A stretch of DNA of 64,000 bases, taken from positions 1,552,001 to 1,616,000 of the forward strand of contig CM052817.1 in NCBI GenBank assembly GCA_028534125.1, read 5' to 3'. How positions within the stretch are numbered: position 1 is the stretch's first letter; each line of letters opens with the position of its first letter. The position numbers and the translations under genes are program-made. Origin of the DNA: Lama glama. Its lineage: Eukaryota. The notes under the pieces were generated by a model. The model saw only the letters and a program-made list of their open reading frames with translations. It did not search any database and was not told the DNA's origin. This document shows, piece by piece, positions 27,030 through 39,545 of this stretch.

Positions 27030-30000
27030 AATAATGAATGCAACAACCACACAAAAATCTATGGGATGCAGCAAAAGCAGTCCTAAGAGGGAAGTTCATA
27101 GCAATGCAGTCCTTTCTCAAAAAAACAAGGACAATCTCAAATAAGCAACCTGACATATCATCTAAAAGAATTAGAAAAAGAAGAGCAAACAAAACCTAAA
27201 GTCAGCAGAAGGAAAGAAGTAACAAAGATCAGGGAGGAAATAAATAAAATAGAGCTTAAAAGTAGAAAAAAATCAATCAAACCGAGAGTTGGTTTTTTTA
27301 AAAAGTAAACAAAATCAACATACCTCTGGCTAGGCTCACCAGAAAGAAGAGAGAGAGAACACAAATTAAAAAAAATAAGAAACGGAAGTGGAAAAATTAC
27401 TGCCAACACCACATAAATATAAAAAACCACAAGAGAACACTATGAACAACTATAATAGCAACAAACTGGACAAGAGGAAAGAAATGGACAAGTTTCTAGA
27501 TACATACAGTCCACCAAGACTGAATCAAGGAGAAATGTATAATTTGAACAGACCAATCACTAGAAGTGAAGTAGAATCATCGTTTAAAAACCTACATGCA
27601 AACAAAAATCCAGGACCAGGTGGCTTCACTGGGGAATTCTACCAAACATACGAAGAACTCGTACAGATCCTTCTCAAAGTCTTCCAAAAGACTGAAAGGA
27701 GGAAATATTCCCAAACTCATTCTATGAAGCCACCATCACCCTGATATAAAAATCAGACAAAGACACTACCAAAAAAGAAAATAACACGCCAATATATTTG
27801 ATAAATATAAATGTAATTATTCTCAACAAAATATTAGCATGAAGAATCCAACAACACATGAAAAAGATCATACACTATGATCAAGTTGGATTCATGCGAG
27901 GGACACCAGGATGGTTCAACATACACAAGTCAATCAATGTGATACATCACATTAATAGAAGAGAGGGCAAAAATCACATGATCATCTCAATAGATGCAAA
28001 ATAAAAAAGCACTTGCTAAAATTCAACACCCATTTATGATAAAAACTCTCACCAAAGTAGGTGTAGATGGAACATATCTCAACATAATAAAAGCTATTTG
28101 TGACGAACTGGCAGACAACATAATACTCAATGGTGAAAAGTTGAAAGCCCTCCCACTAAAATCTGGGGCAAATGAGGATGCCCACTTTCACCACCTCTAT
28201 CTCACATGGTATTGACACTGCTAGCCACAGCAATCAGACAAGAAAAAGAAACAAAAGGACTTCACGTAGGAAGACAGAGGTAAAATTATCACTATATACA
28301 GATGACATGATACTATATATAGAAAACCTTAAGCGTTCCACACAAAAACTATTAGAGCTGATAAAAGAATTCGGCAAGGTAGCAGGATACAAGATTAACA
28401 TACAGACATTAGTTGCATTTCTTACACTAATAACGAAACATCAGAAAAGGAAAGTAAAAAAAAAAATCCCTTTTAAAATTGCATCAAAAAAAAAAAAAAA
28501 GAACTCAGAAATAAGCCTGACCAAGGAGGTGGAAGATTTATACATGAAGAACTAAAAAACATTGATTAAGGAAATTAGAGATGATTTAAAGAAATGGAAA
28601 GTTACCCCTTGCCCTTGGATTTGAAGGATATGATTAAAATGGCCATACTACACAAAGCAATCTACAGATTTAATGTGATCTCCATCAAGTTGTCCAGGAC
28701 ATTTTTCACTGAGCTAGATCAAATAATCTTAAAATTTATATGGAACCACAAAAGACCCAGAATTGTCAAAGCATTACTGAAGAAAAAGAACCAAACTGGA
28801 GGCATAATCTTCCCAGACTTCAGACCCTACTACAGAGCTATAATAATTAAAACAGCATGGCAAGGACCTACTGTATTGAACAGGGAACTATTTATTTCTT
28901 GTAATAACATATAATGAAAAAGAGTCTGAAAAAATATATATGCGTGTATATGTATAACTGAATCACTTTGCTGTACACCTGAAACTAACATTATAAGTCA
29001 ACTAAATTTCAATTAAAAAAAACCCAAAACAATGTGGTATCGGGAGAAAAACAGAAATATGGATCAATGGAACAGAATAGAGAGCCCAGAAATAAACCCA
29101 CATGCATACAGTCAATTAATCTTCAAAAAGAGGTAAGAACATACAATGAAGAAAAGACAGTCTCTTCAGCAAGCGGTGTTGGGAGAGCAGGACAGCCGTG
29201 TGTAAATCAATGAAGTTAGAACACTCCCTCACTCCATACACAGAAATAAACTCAAAATGGCTTAAAGACTTAAATATAAGACAAGACACTATAAACCTCC
29301 TAGAAGAAAACACAGGCAAAACATTCTCTGACATAAATCTTAGTAATGTTCTCCTAGGCAGTCTACCCAGACAATAAAAATAAACAAATGGGACCTAATT
29401 AAACTTATAAGCTTTTGCACGGTAAAGGAAACCATAAACAAAACGAAAAGACAACCTATGGAATGGGAGAAAATATTTGCAAACAATGTGACTGACAAGG
29501 GATTAATTTCCAAAATATACAAGCAGCTGACACAGCTCAATATCAAAAAGACAAAAAAGCCCAATCAAAAAATGGGCAGAAGATTTAAATAGACATTTCT
29601 CCAAAGAAGACATGCAGATGGACAATGGGCACATGAAAAGATACCCAATGTCACTAATTATCAGAGAAATGAAATCAAAACCACAATGGGGTATCACCTC
29701 ACACCAGCCAGAATGGCCACCATTCAAAAGTCCACAAATGATAAATGCTGGAGAGGGTGTGGAGAAAACGGAACCCTCCTACACTGCTGGTGGGAATGCA
29801 GTTTGGTGCAGCCACTGTGGAAAACAGTATGGAGATTCCTCAAAAGACTAAAAATGGACTTACCATAGGATCCAGCAATCCCACTTCTGGGTGTATATCC
29901 AGAGCGAACTCTAATTCAAAAAGATACAGGCACCCCACTGTTCATAGCAGCACTTTCCAATAGCCAAGACGTGAAAATAACCTAAATGTCCATTGACAGA

Positions 30001-30515
30001 TGAATGGATATAGAAGAAGTGGTGTATATATACAATAGAATACTACTCAGCTATTAAAAAAAAAAGAATAAAATAGTGCCATTTGCAGCAACATGGATGG
30101 ACCTAGAGATCATTACTCTAAGTGAAGTTAAACCAGAAAGAGAAAGAAAAATACCATATGATCTCACTTATTTATGGAGTCTAAGAAAATGACACAATTG
30201 AACTTATTTACCAAACAGAAGCAGACTCACAGACAGAGAGCAAATTTATGGCTACCAAGCGAGAAGGGGAGTGGGAAGGGGTAAACCAGCAGTCCAAGAT
30301 TTGCAGATGCTAACTACTACATAAAAGCAGATGAACAGCAAGCTTACACTGTACAGCACAGGGAACTACGTTCAGTGTCTTGTAGTTACCTATAATGAAA
30401 AAGAATGTAAAAAGGAATGCGTGTGTGTATATATATGACTGAAACATTATGCTGTACACCAGAAACTGCCACGTTGTAACTGACTATGCTACAATTAAAA
30501 AAAGAAAGAAAAAAA
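27030..30515 (+). mobile_element. 5'-truncated LINE-1 (ORF2 3' two-thirds, 3'UTR, poly(A)) inserted in the ERV
   Basis: ORF2 remnants [30 protein letters not shown] and [19 protein letters not shown]-tail at 30497-30515. Confidence 0.93.
28861..29026 (+). mobile_element. Short L1 3'UTR/poly(A) piece nested inside L1 ORF2
   Basis: L1 terminal motif ctgaatcactttgctgtacacctgaaactaac plus A-tail. Flanks aaaacagcatgg and aaaacaatgtgg look like a decayed TSD; ORF2 resumes afterwards. Confidence 0.75.
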
Positions 30516-31591
30516 TAGTCAGTACACAAGAGCACACTCAAAACTGCAGGAACTAAACAAGCACGTTGGAGAGACCCAGTGCAGGAATAAACATGGAGCA
30601 GTTAAACAATGCTTTGTCTCAAAAGACACTGTTAGGAACTAAATGGTTTATCAGTAATACAGACTGTAGGTTGCAAATTCAAAGACCATGAGTTTGGGTG
30701 AGAATCCAGAGTCAGTTTATCATTTCGATGAAAGAGAGGGAGACTTCTGTGAATTCTAAACCTTCGAACAGGCCTGGTCCTGACAACCTGGGAAAGCTGT
30801 GTCATCAGATGTCATGTGCTTCCGTTCCATGATGTCTTTACCTTCAGGTCAGCAAACGGTGTGGAGACCCAGTCGGGCTTTGGTGCTTTCTTTAGATGTG
30901 TCACATGAACCCAGGAGCTGTTCCCTGCAGTTCGGAGGCACAGGGCTTGGTGAGCAGGACCGGACAAGGGCCTCTCCAGTGAGGCTGAACAGAGTCCTCC
31001 TGCAGGTGTCTTTTCCCGTAGACAAACTCTCCAGGTTGCAGGGCGTGACGCTTAATGTCTTCGTCTCCTGCGAGTGCACCGTGAAAACACTGCTCTACCA
31101 GAGTGTGGCTGTTTTTGACAGAGGCAATTAGGCCTTCACAGCATCGACGCATGTCTCCTTTTATCAGCTGCAGATCAAAAGAGGGAGGGGACAGGTACCT
31201 GGGGCGTCTTATGACTGTCTCCAAGGGTGGGAGTCTGTGAACTCCGAAAGGGGAGAGCGGAGAAACGGAAGGACCAACGGCAATGGTTTGGGTCAGGGTG
31301 CTTGGAGGGTACCTATGAGTTCTGCCAATTGGCTGTTAACAGCACTGTTAGTCCGTCAACCACCCCTGAGAACTGACGCTGGTAAGCACGGTGAAAGTAC
31401 TGTGAAACCAGCCAAACGGCACAGACTTGCCAAAGTACCTGACCCGTAAAATGGGTTCCTTGATCACTGTGAAGTTCAAAGGTAGGGCTCATCTCTTCTA
31501 ACCAAATTACAGCCACAGAGAAGCAATGGCCTGCCTAGAGGGAAAGCCTCGGTCCTGTCAGAACGCACAGGCTGTGGCTAACACACGTGCG

Positions 31592-31901
31592 CAGGCGTGT
31601 CTTGCGGGGAGTTTGGGTTCGCTTCCAGAGCACGCAGTAAAGCAAACAGCAAAATAAAGCAATCACGTGGGTTCTGGGGCTCCCCAGCGCGTGTGAAAGC
31701 CAAGTTTATGCTGCACTACAGTCTGTTAAGTGTGCAGCAGCATGATGTCTAAGCAAATGTACGTATTGTAGTTAAAAATAACACTGTAGGAAAAATGGTG
31801 CTGATAGACTGCTCAACACAGGGTTGCCACAATTTCCATTTGTAAAAAGTGCAATATCTGTCAAGTGCAATAAAGGAAAGCATAATAAAACAGGTAACCT
31901 G
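31592..31901. mobile_element. Second Tigger1-derived element, inverted relative to 26376-26684, inside ERV pol
   Basis: Aligns to the reverse complement of the first copy; ends caggtaacctg followed by ta. Confidence 0.75.
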
Positions 31902-34391
31902 TATGTCCATGAGACGGGCACCTGTATGAATTCCATGTGCCGAATCTCGGATGACCCGTTAGATGATTCAGAATGTCTGGGAGCAGCACGATTGGGTTAT
32001 AGTTTGGACGGGAGACGAGGAGGCAGGCACTTTTTCTGGCCTTATTAGTTTTTCCCCACTGACACTGGTTCATGAACGCTGTCACTTGTCAGGGGACCAA
32101 TGGTTCAACCCGTGTGCAATGGTGAGGCATCAGAATCTTAGAACTCCCGGCAGGTCCAGTTTGTAATTTGGCTCTCTTTTTATCGAACCGACAGTTACCA
32201 GATGGCCAATATTGTTTTTCCTTTTCTGGGACCAATTTTTGGGCATTTACAGTCAGTTTTTCTAGATTGTTATCTCAGGAGCATCTCTTCGGTCTGTGAT
32301 GGAGGTTTGGCCACTAGTTCCTTGGAGAGCAGCATTTCTGGTGGAAATATCATTGAGGTGGGTTTTTATCCTCGACGGAGTCAAGCTCAGAAGGCCAGGG
32401 ATCTTAATTATAGCCAAGGTGGCTGGCTACAGTATGGCAGCTAATAGATTTTGGATATAGGAGCCATTGTTAATCTTTTCCCCACTAGAGCTAAGGAAGC
32501 CTTACTGGTTCCATAGCATCCCAAGGTCACGAGAACCCAAAGGCATACAGACCACCCACGTAAATGTTGGCAGTTTTGCCCTTGGCTAAAGTTCAAGCCC
32601 AAATGACGGTGTATATATAATTGAGCCTATTGGGTGGAAGTAGCCAAAGGTACGGTGTTGCCTGGACGACTTCAGGAGGGGGTGTAAGAGCTTCGCTGGC
32701 ACAGGGTCCCCACTGTCGCCCTAGGTGGGAACCGTCGGTAACGCATGAAAAGCCCACCGTGCTTGGAGGAGTCCTTGGGAACCGTTCCGGGGAGTCGGAC
32801 GGTGCTCTGCCAGCGGTAGTCCTGAGGGGCTTGTCAGAGGAGTGGGGGAGGGAGCAGCAGGGCGGGGCTTGTTGTGACGCGGAAGAGTTATGTGAGGAGC
32901 TGATAGCGACAGGATTTCACAGGAGGGAGGCTACTGACTGAGAAGTGTTACGTGTGATGAGGGTTTGGGGGGCTTCTATTGCTTGAGGTGTGAAGGTGGT
33001 TAAAGGGGTCCCGTGATTATCTATTCGGTGGGCTTGACCAGAAGGGCAGTGGCCAGAATGACTCTGAGGCAAGGGTAACATCCCACGCCACAGGGTCCCG
33101 CTGTGGACGGTAACACCCAATGGGCCAATGACAGTCCCCATGTTTTGAGGTGAGTGCCCCATGGGCTTTCCCTCCCTTCTCACATACAAAGTGGAAAAAG
33201 CAAAGCTGATAATTAGGATGCCCAAGGCCAGGTTGTCTCATTAAGCTTTCCTTTACGGTTTCAAAAGCTGTGTCATGTTGATCCCTCGATTAGGGCCAAG
33301 TTTGCTGGGTTTCAATAAGGAAGGTGGGACTGAGCTGTAAGAGAGAAATTTTGAGTCCATTTTCATCAGTAGCCAGCTAGCCCGAGAAAACCTTGTAACT
33401 GGCACTTAGTTTTAGGTTTGGGGAGTTCAGGATAAAATACAGCCAATCCAGGTCCAAATGTAGTCCTCGTTCCAAGATCAGGTGCCCAAATATCGATCCT
33501 GGGTTTGAGCAAACTGCAGGGTTTTTTTTAAAAGACTTTATATCCCTCTAAGGCCAAAAGTTTTAGCAGGTGATCGTTGTTTTCCTGCAAGGCAGACTGA
33601 GAAGGTGGATATAGAAGTAAGTCATCTATATATTATAACCAAGTAGAACCTGCATAAAGCCTTCTGTCATCCAAATCAGCTTTCAGGACTTGCGCAAAGT
33701 AAGGAAGGGTTTCTGTGCAACCCTGCGGCATTGCTGTTCTTGTGCACTGTCATCCTCCCCAGGTGAGGGCAAAAAGATATCAGCTAGCCTTACCAACTGG
33801 AACACGAAACATCACTGCCTAGATCATCTATGTGAAGACTTTGGTTCCCGTGGGAATGGGTGTCCGTGGCATGCGGGGTTGGGAACAGCAGGCTGTCGAG
33901 GGATAGCAGTGTTGTTTACTGCTCCAAGGTCCCAGGCAGACCTCCATCCTAAGTCCTCGGGTTTTTCTCGCAGGTAAAATAAGAGTATTAGAAGGACTAG
34001 GACAAGGGGTGATGGGGCCCTGAGCCTGGGGACCTTTTATTATGGGCTTTAAAAAGCAAAGACGGACTTCTTCACTTATGGGGTATTGATTCTGGGGAGA
34101 GGTTCTGAGGGCCCCATTTGAATCTTACTGGGGGGTGTACTGTGGCTTTTGCCAATATCCTTTGGAGATTTTGCCCTTAAGGAAGATGGTAGCTGATTCA
34201 ATAGGGCTAATTGATCAGTGGTTCCAGAATCAGCTCCAGGGTGTTGGAGACAGAGCAAATAAAGGGTGTCAGATTCATTTAATTCACCTGGGTGGCTATT
34301 TTGATGGCTATCATCAAATTCTAGACTTGTTTCCCCCTTTTGGGAGAAAGAAATCCCAACATGATACTTTTCCAAGAAGCCTCAGCCTGCG

Positions 34392-34519
34392 AGGGAGGGT
34401 TTGAGCTCGGTGGTGGAGCACATGCTCAGCATGCACAAGGTCCTGGGTTCCATCCCCAGTACCTCCATCAAAAATAAATAAGTAAACCTAATTATACCTA
34501 CCTGCCCCCACAAAAAAAA
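34392..34519 (+). mobile_element. tRNA-Ala-derived SINE (Vic-1-like)
   Basis: A box gagctcggtgg, B box gggttccatccc, A-rich tail; same head as 37692. Confidence 0.8.
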
Positions 34520-35939
34520 AGTTTCAGCCAATAAATGAACAGGGGCAGAGGAGCTAAGGAGAAAAGGGTGTGTATCTCCCAAAGGGCCTAAAGGAAAGGG
34601 AATAGGTTTAGACACAGGAAGATACTTAAGGTTACTAGAGACGCCCTGTATTTGAACCATCCTAGTACTTCGAGGCAGGGGCTGTTTTACAGCAGTGGGG
34701 TTGGGCACTGAGCGTAGCTCTGGCATCGATAAGGACACGGAGACATTCATCCCCAGTCTGGAGGGTTGTTCTTCCAAGCTGATTAGAGAAAGGGGCGAGA
34801 AGAGCCCCCACCATCAGGAGGACATTGGAAAGGCTGCTAAAGGGCTGAGGATACCTGAAATGCTGAAATTTGTAACAATCTGTTTTTTCAATGTCCTGGT
34901 TCCTTGCAATTATAGCAGAAACTAGACTCTTGGTTTCATTTAGGAGCCTTCACTGGCTGGTGTTGAAGACTGACACAACACTGTAAACTGACTATACTTC
35001 AATAAAAATATATACATTAAAAATTTTGGCAGTCTTTCTTTTTGGTGACTCATCTAGGGTTCAAACACACTGATCTGCCAAATTAACAAATCTGGAATGG
35101 ACTTCGTTCCCATTCCATCCTGGTCTTTTTTATTAAAAGAGAAAGATCCCAGTTCAGCCTGCTAATAAACACGGAGTTAAAGGCTACCCTAGTGGACCCA
35201 ACCTCTGAAGGAAGAGAAGAGTTTTCCTTTAGAGTAATCTGAAGGTGGCGGTAATAGTCATAGGCAGGTTCATCAGATTGTGGAGAGCAAGCCTGAGTTT
35301 TGTTCTGCTCACCAGGCCTAGGGAGGACGGCCGTAAGTGCTGGTGGAGGCCTCCAGCAAGCGCTCCCGCTCGCCAGAAGTTAGGGTTTTGTTCTTCTACA
35401 TCCCCTCCCACTGGGCTAAGTTTACCCAGTATTTGACTTGACCCTCACCAGCCAGCGTGTGGACTGACACAGATCTGAGAAACCAGGGTGATAGGTTTGA
35501 CCAACTATGTTAAATTCATCAGCAAACCTACAGGGTCCTCAGTCACTTTAGGAAACTGTAGCTTTCAATTTGGCCTAAGTCCAGGGGACAAAAGTAATCT
35601 GGGGTTTGTTTGGATGCTCAAAATATTTCACTTTAAAGGGCAGGTTCTGTTGGGTTTGGAGGAGGAAAATGGCAACAGAGTAAAGCCAGAGGCAAAGCAG
35701 CCGGGGGGGACGGACGTGAGGCCTCACAAGTCATTTTGTCTGTTTGTCTCAATTCATTTAGTTATGGCATTCTACAGAAAGGCAACTTTAAACTCCTGGT
35801 AATATTTGGAAGCCTCAAAATACCAATCAAAATAGGCATCCAATTCAGTTTTGACTATTTCCGAGCTGTGACTGTCTAACAGAGTTTTAAGAAAGTTAAG
35901 TTTGGGGAATTCAAAAGTTCCTCATAATGGCCACTGATG

Positions 35940-36556
35940 TGTATCCAAGCAGGACTCCGTGGGGCCTTCCCAGGACAGACTCCCCACCCCTCACCCATGT
36001 CCTCTGCCTGCCTCTTGTCTGTAGAAAAACTTTAGCCTCCTAGGCCTTCCCTGAGTTCCAAAGAATAAATGTAATCAGAGAAGTGCGAAAATGCAAAAAC
36101 AAAGGAAACAAACATGACAAAATACTATTTAGACATCAAAGTCAAGGACCTTTAGTTCCTGCTCAAGGGCTGTAGATAATGTCCTGCACCAGATGCTTCA
36201 AGCTGTTTTGCAGAGACTGGTGGAGACAGGTGGAAGAAACTAACTGTGCTGCCCACAAGCACAGAGACCTCAGACCGGTTGGAACCGGAAGGTTGAAGAC
36301 GTCGACTCCTGATGACTCACCACCCGCCAGTCAGAAGACCGTCCACGAGCTGACCACGCACCTCACAGCCCACCTCCCTCACCCTAACTTTAAATTTCCC
36401 CCAAGGCCTTTGGGGAGCTCAGGTCTTTTCGGCACTAGCCTGGACTTCCTGCTTGGCTCCTGCAATAAACGCTGCACTTTCGTTCCTCACAACCCAGTGT
36501 CAGTGGACTGGCTTCACTGCGCATGGGCGAGCGGACCCGAGTTTGGTTCAGTAACA
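35940..36556 (+). mobile_element. Solo LTR (617 bp) of a younger ERV, inserted antisense into the gag region
   Basis: TG...CA ends, perfect 4-bp TSD gatg (35936-39 and 36557-60), AATAAA at 36464-36469. Confidence 0.85.
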
Positions 36557-37691
36557 GATGTTCTAGATTATTTTTGGTTAAGTCAGTCCATTTACTTAGA
36601 AATACACATCAGTGGGGCTTCAGTTTTGAAAGATAAAATTGGCTGTGGTCCCTGAAGCGGGGGTGCTTTCAAAACATTTACGTAACTGGGATCCCATTTT
36701 TCACAGGTTTGTCTCTAGAGCAAAAAATAATAATAATTCTTAAACAGCCTGCAGGACAAATACCAGCCCAGTTCCAAAAGGCGTCCGATCGAAGGCTAGC
36801 GCAGGTCCGGTAGGAACAGCCCGATTTCAAGAGTCAGGCCCAAGTGCCAAACAAGCACTCCAGACAAATCAAGGCCTTAACAGAAAGAACCAAGCCCTTA
36901 AACAGACCCGGGACAAAGCCTGGAGAGCTTCAAAACACAAGAAGAACAGGCTTGAGTCCAGGAGAAAACTTTACCCTCAAGCTCCAGGGTCGGCAAGAAA
37001 GCAGTGAGCTCGGTGGGCTCTCTAGGCACCGCGCCTGCTCGCTCGCCAGCCTCAGAGCTGCCGGGCTCTTCTCTGGCTCTCCATGGGGCCTCTGTGTAAG
37101 GCTGACCTACAGCAATGAAACAGCCAGGCTTACATACATGTATATATGTTTTACATACACACATATAGATACATATGCTTTTTTTTTAACCAGCAAAACA
37201 GGTTTATCTGGGAGCAGCAAAGAATTGCAACTCAAGACCCAAACCTTGTGAACCACAGGCCAGTCCAGTAAACCAAAGGGGAGGACGCTCTCATAGCGGA
37301 GAAGGGGAAGTTGGGCGGGGCTGTCACTAGGAGCCCCGGGGAGGAAGCTGGGACGTCAGAGCACAGCGGCTCTTCTCTGGCTGCGTGGTGTCCGCCTCGC
37401 ACTGGCTCCAGTGTTGCCAGGCAAGGAGAAGGTTTTCCTCCCGCTGGCGGAGGTGAAGCAGTGTCACTTTCTGCGGAAGATTCCACACACGCATCTCCTC
37501 CCGCGGGGATCTGTACTGACATCCAGCGATTTGCGTGTGAGAGCTCCCCCTTCTGGCCGCCCGTCTCCAGTTTAGTGAGTTCTCCCTTTATTAATTTTCA
37601 CACGACCTTCGTGGAAATCCAATTCGTCTCTCTTCTTTGCTGCATTTTCTTCTTGGGTCCCCTCTTTGACAGCCAAAAAAAGATCCAAAAA

Positions 37692-37785
37692 GGGGGGTGG
37701 GTATAGCTCAGTGGTAGAGCGCATGCTTAGCATGCAGGAGGTCCTGGGTTCAATCCCTAGTACCTCCACAATAAAATAAAATAAA
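37692..37785 (+). mobile_element. Young tRNA-Ala(AGC)-derived SINE (Vic-1-like)
   Basis: Near-intact tRNA-like head, (taaaa)n tail, TSD aaaaagatccaaaaa at 37677-37691 and 37783-37797. Confidence 0.88.
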
Positions 37786-37848
37786 AAGATCCAAAAAAAA
37801 AAAAGACCTTCACCATCAGCTTCCCCACATCCTTTCTATTTCGCAGAC

Positions 37849-38490
37849 TGTTAACGTATTTCCAGTAGCCCAATTCACCAACAGGTGGGGCCCACCGTTA
37901 CCTTTCAGCAAGTTCAAAACCCACACAGGCACAGACTGGGCTGTTTGGCTGTGATTCTGTGGAAGGACTTCTTAGCCCATAGCCTGCCTTCCGACTCCTG
38001 AGGTCCACAAGCCTCGCAGGGGGTCGGGACCATCAAGATCCCCCCCCCACAGAGCAGAGCCGCCTGGTCCTGGGAAATCCCGCCTGGAAAATGTATCTTT
38101 GCCTCCTGGAGGCTTCGGATCACAGCAGGCAGTCTGCGCCAACAGTGTGACTCACGGCAGGGCTGTGGGGCCTGATGTACCACCTCGACCTTTGGAGGGG
38201 CCGGAGACCGAGGCACCAGCCAGTCACCGCAGGGTCCCCGCACACCACGGCTGCGCCAGCTTCCCGGGCTGGCGTACGTGCTGCTGGGAGGAGTGAGCGC
38301 TGTTGGCCAACTCCCCCAGGAGAGGACACCTGGCAGCTGGTGCCGGGTCTCCCTGCGCCCTGCCTTTTACCTTGCTGGTTTTAATGCGTATCCTTTTCCG
38401 CAATAAGTTGTAACTGTGAGTGTGGTGGCTTGTGTGAGCTCTGTGAGTCCTTCTTGGGAACCCCTGAATCTGAGGGCGGTCTTGACAACA
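37849..38490. mobile_element. MER21-like LTR
   Basis: Terminal motif gtaactgtgagt...ctctgtgagtccttct...ctgagggcggtcttg and TG...CA ends. Family from memory. Confidence 0.55.
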
Positions 38491-39291
38491 GGCCTTTTGG
38501 CAGCAAATGTGTATTACTGATTGGGGCAGCTGGGCTATTGCTCCCAGCGTTCCACCACCTCTCGCCACACCCTTCTGCCACGTAACGGGCACCTGCACTA
38601 GAGCGGGCTGAGCCTATGCTCTGCCCTGTTGACACTGAGCTCAGCCCGCGGAGGTCGTGTGAGATGCGGCCTCGGGTGGCTTGTTTGCTTCTGCTGTCTG
38701 CCGCTGCCCGGGAATAGCCACCCTGAGTGGCCTCCAATCCCGATCGGCAGGCCTGAGCCCCCACCTCCAGCCTGAAGCTGCTGAAGGCTGTGCCCTGCCT
38801 GTTCTCAGACGTGTCCACACCCCCTCACCTGTGGTCACCGTGGACCAGCCATTCTGAGAGAGCCCCTCAAAAACACCAACTTCTTTCCTGCCTCAGGACT
38901 TTGCACCTGCTATTCTGCCCGCCTGAGATGCTTGCTCCTTCCGCTTTGTGCAGACTAACAGCTACCTCGAATGTGGGGTCACCCGGCACAACAGCATGGG
39001 AGAACAAAGGCCAGGGCAGCCGGGTGGTGTGGCTGACAGCCTAGTGGGGAGCCGGGCAGGAGCCCCCAGCCTGTGCCCTGGCCCGGGCCCTGTGTGTTTG
39101 GTTGGTGACTGAGTACGCCTCTTGCCACCCTGCCCTGTTCCCCTGCCCTCATGCAGCTGGAAATGTTTCTCCCGTGGGGTCACGGGTGCTCCTTTGTCCA
39201 GGTTTCCTGGCCAGCACTGGGCACTCTGTGACGTGATGCATCCTCGGAGCAGCTGTGTGGATCCCCTCTGCAGTGAGGGGAAAAAAGGCAT

Positions 39292-39545
39292 GTCCTCATC
39301 CTATACCCCAGAACCTATGAGTGGGACCTTATTTGGAAAAAGTCTTTGCAGATGGGATCTAATTTAAGGATCTCAAAATGAGATCATCCAGGATTATCTG
39401 AATGGACTCTAAATCCAATGACCAGTGTCCTTAACAAGGGAAAGAGGAAGAGACAGACACACAAAAGAGAGCTCACGTGAAGACAGTCATGGAGTGGCAC
39501 GGCCACAGACCAAGGAGTGGCATGGCCACAGACCAGAAGCTTGAT
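39292..39545 (+). mobile_element. MaLR (MLT1-like) LTR fragment
   Basis: gaccttatttggaaaaagtctttgcagatg...ctaaatccaatgaccagtgtcctt. Confidence 0.7.

Larger units (their letters stand above)
25998..37602 (-). mobile_element. Decayed class I (gamma-like) endogenous retrovirus, LTR-gag-pro-pol-LTR, no recognisable env
   Basis: Two similar direct repeats at ~25998-26771 and ~37095-37602, both ending ttaattttca. Purine tract aaaaagggaga next to the left copy (~26774-26785). Minus-strand remnants: Gag knuckle CYNCKEPGH* (~34876-34920), protease-like VLIDARATLS (34704-34736), RT YIDDLLL (YIDD at 33621-33632), RNase H GKTANIY...YAFG (~32536-32580), integrase LHSDQGTHFTGQ (~31440-31480) and WRGPCPVLLT (~30950-30985). 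Confidence 0.85.

Noticed and set aside
37060..37095. Primer-binding site of the ERV
   Set aside because: Too decayed to match a tRNA 3' end with confidence.
37697..37768. Possible functional tRNA-Ala gene
   Set aside because: The A-rich tail, TSD, lack of a poly-T terminator and related degenerate copies indicate a SINE.
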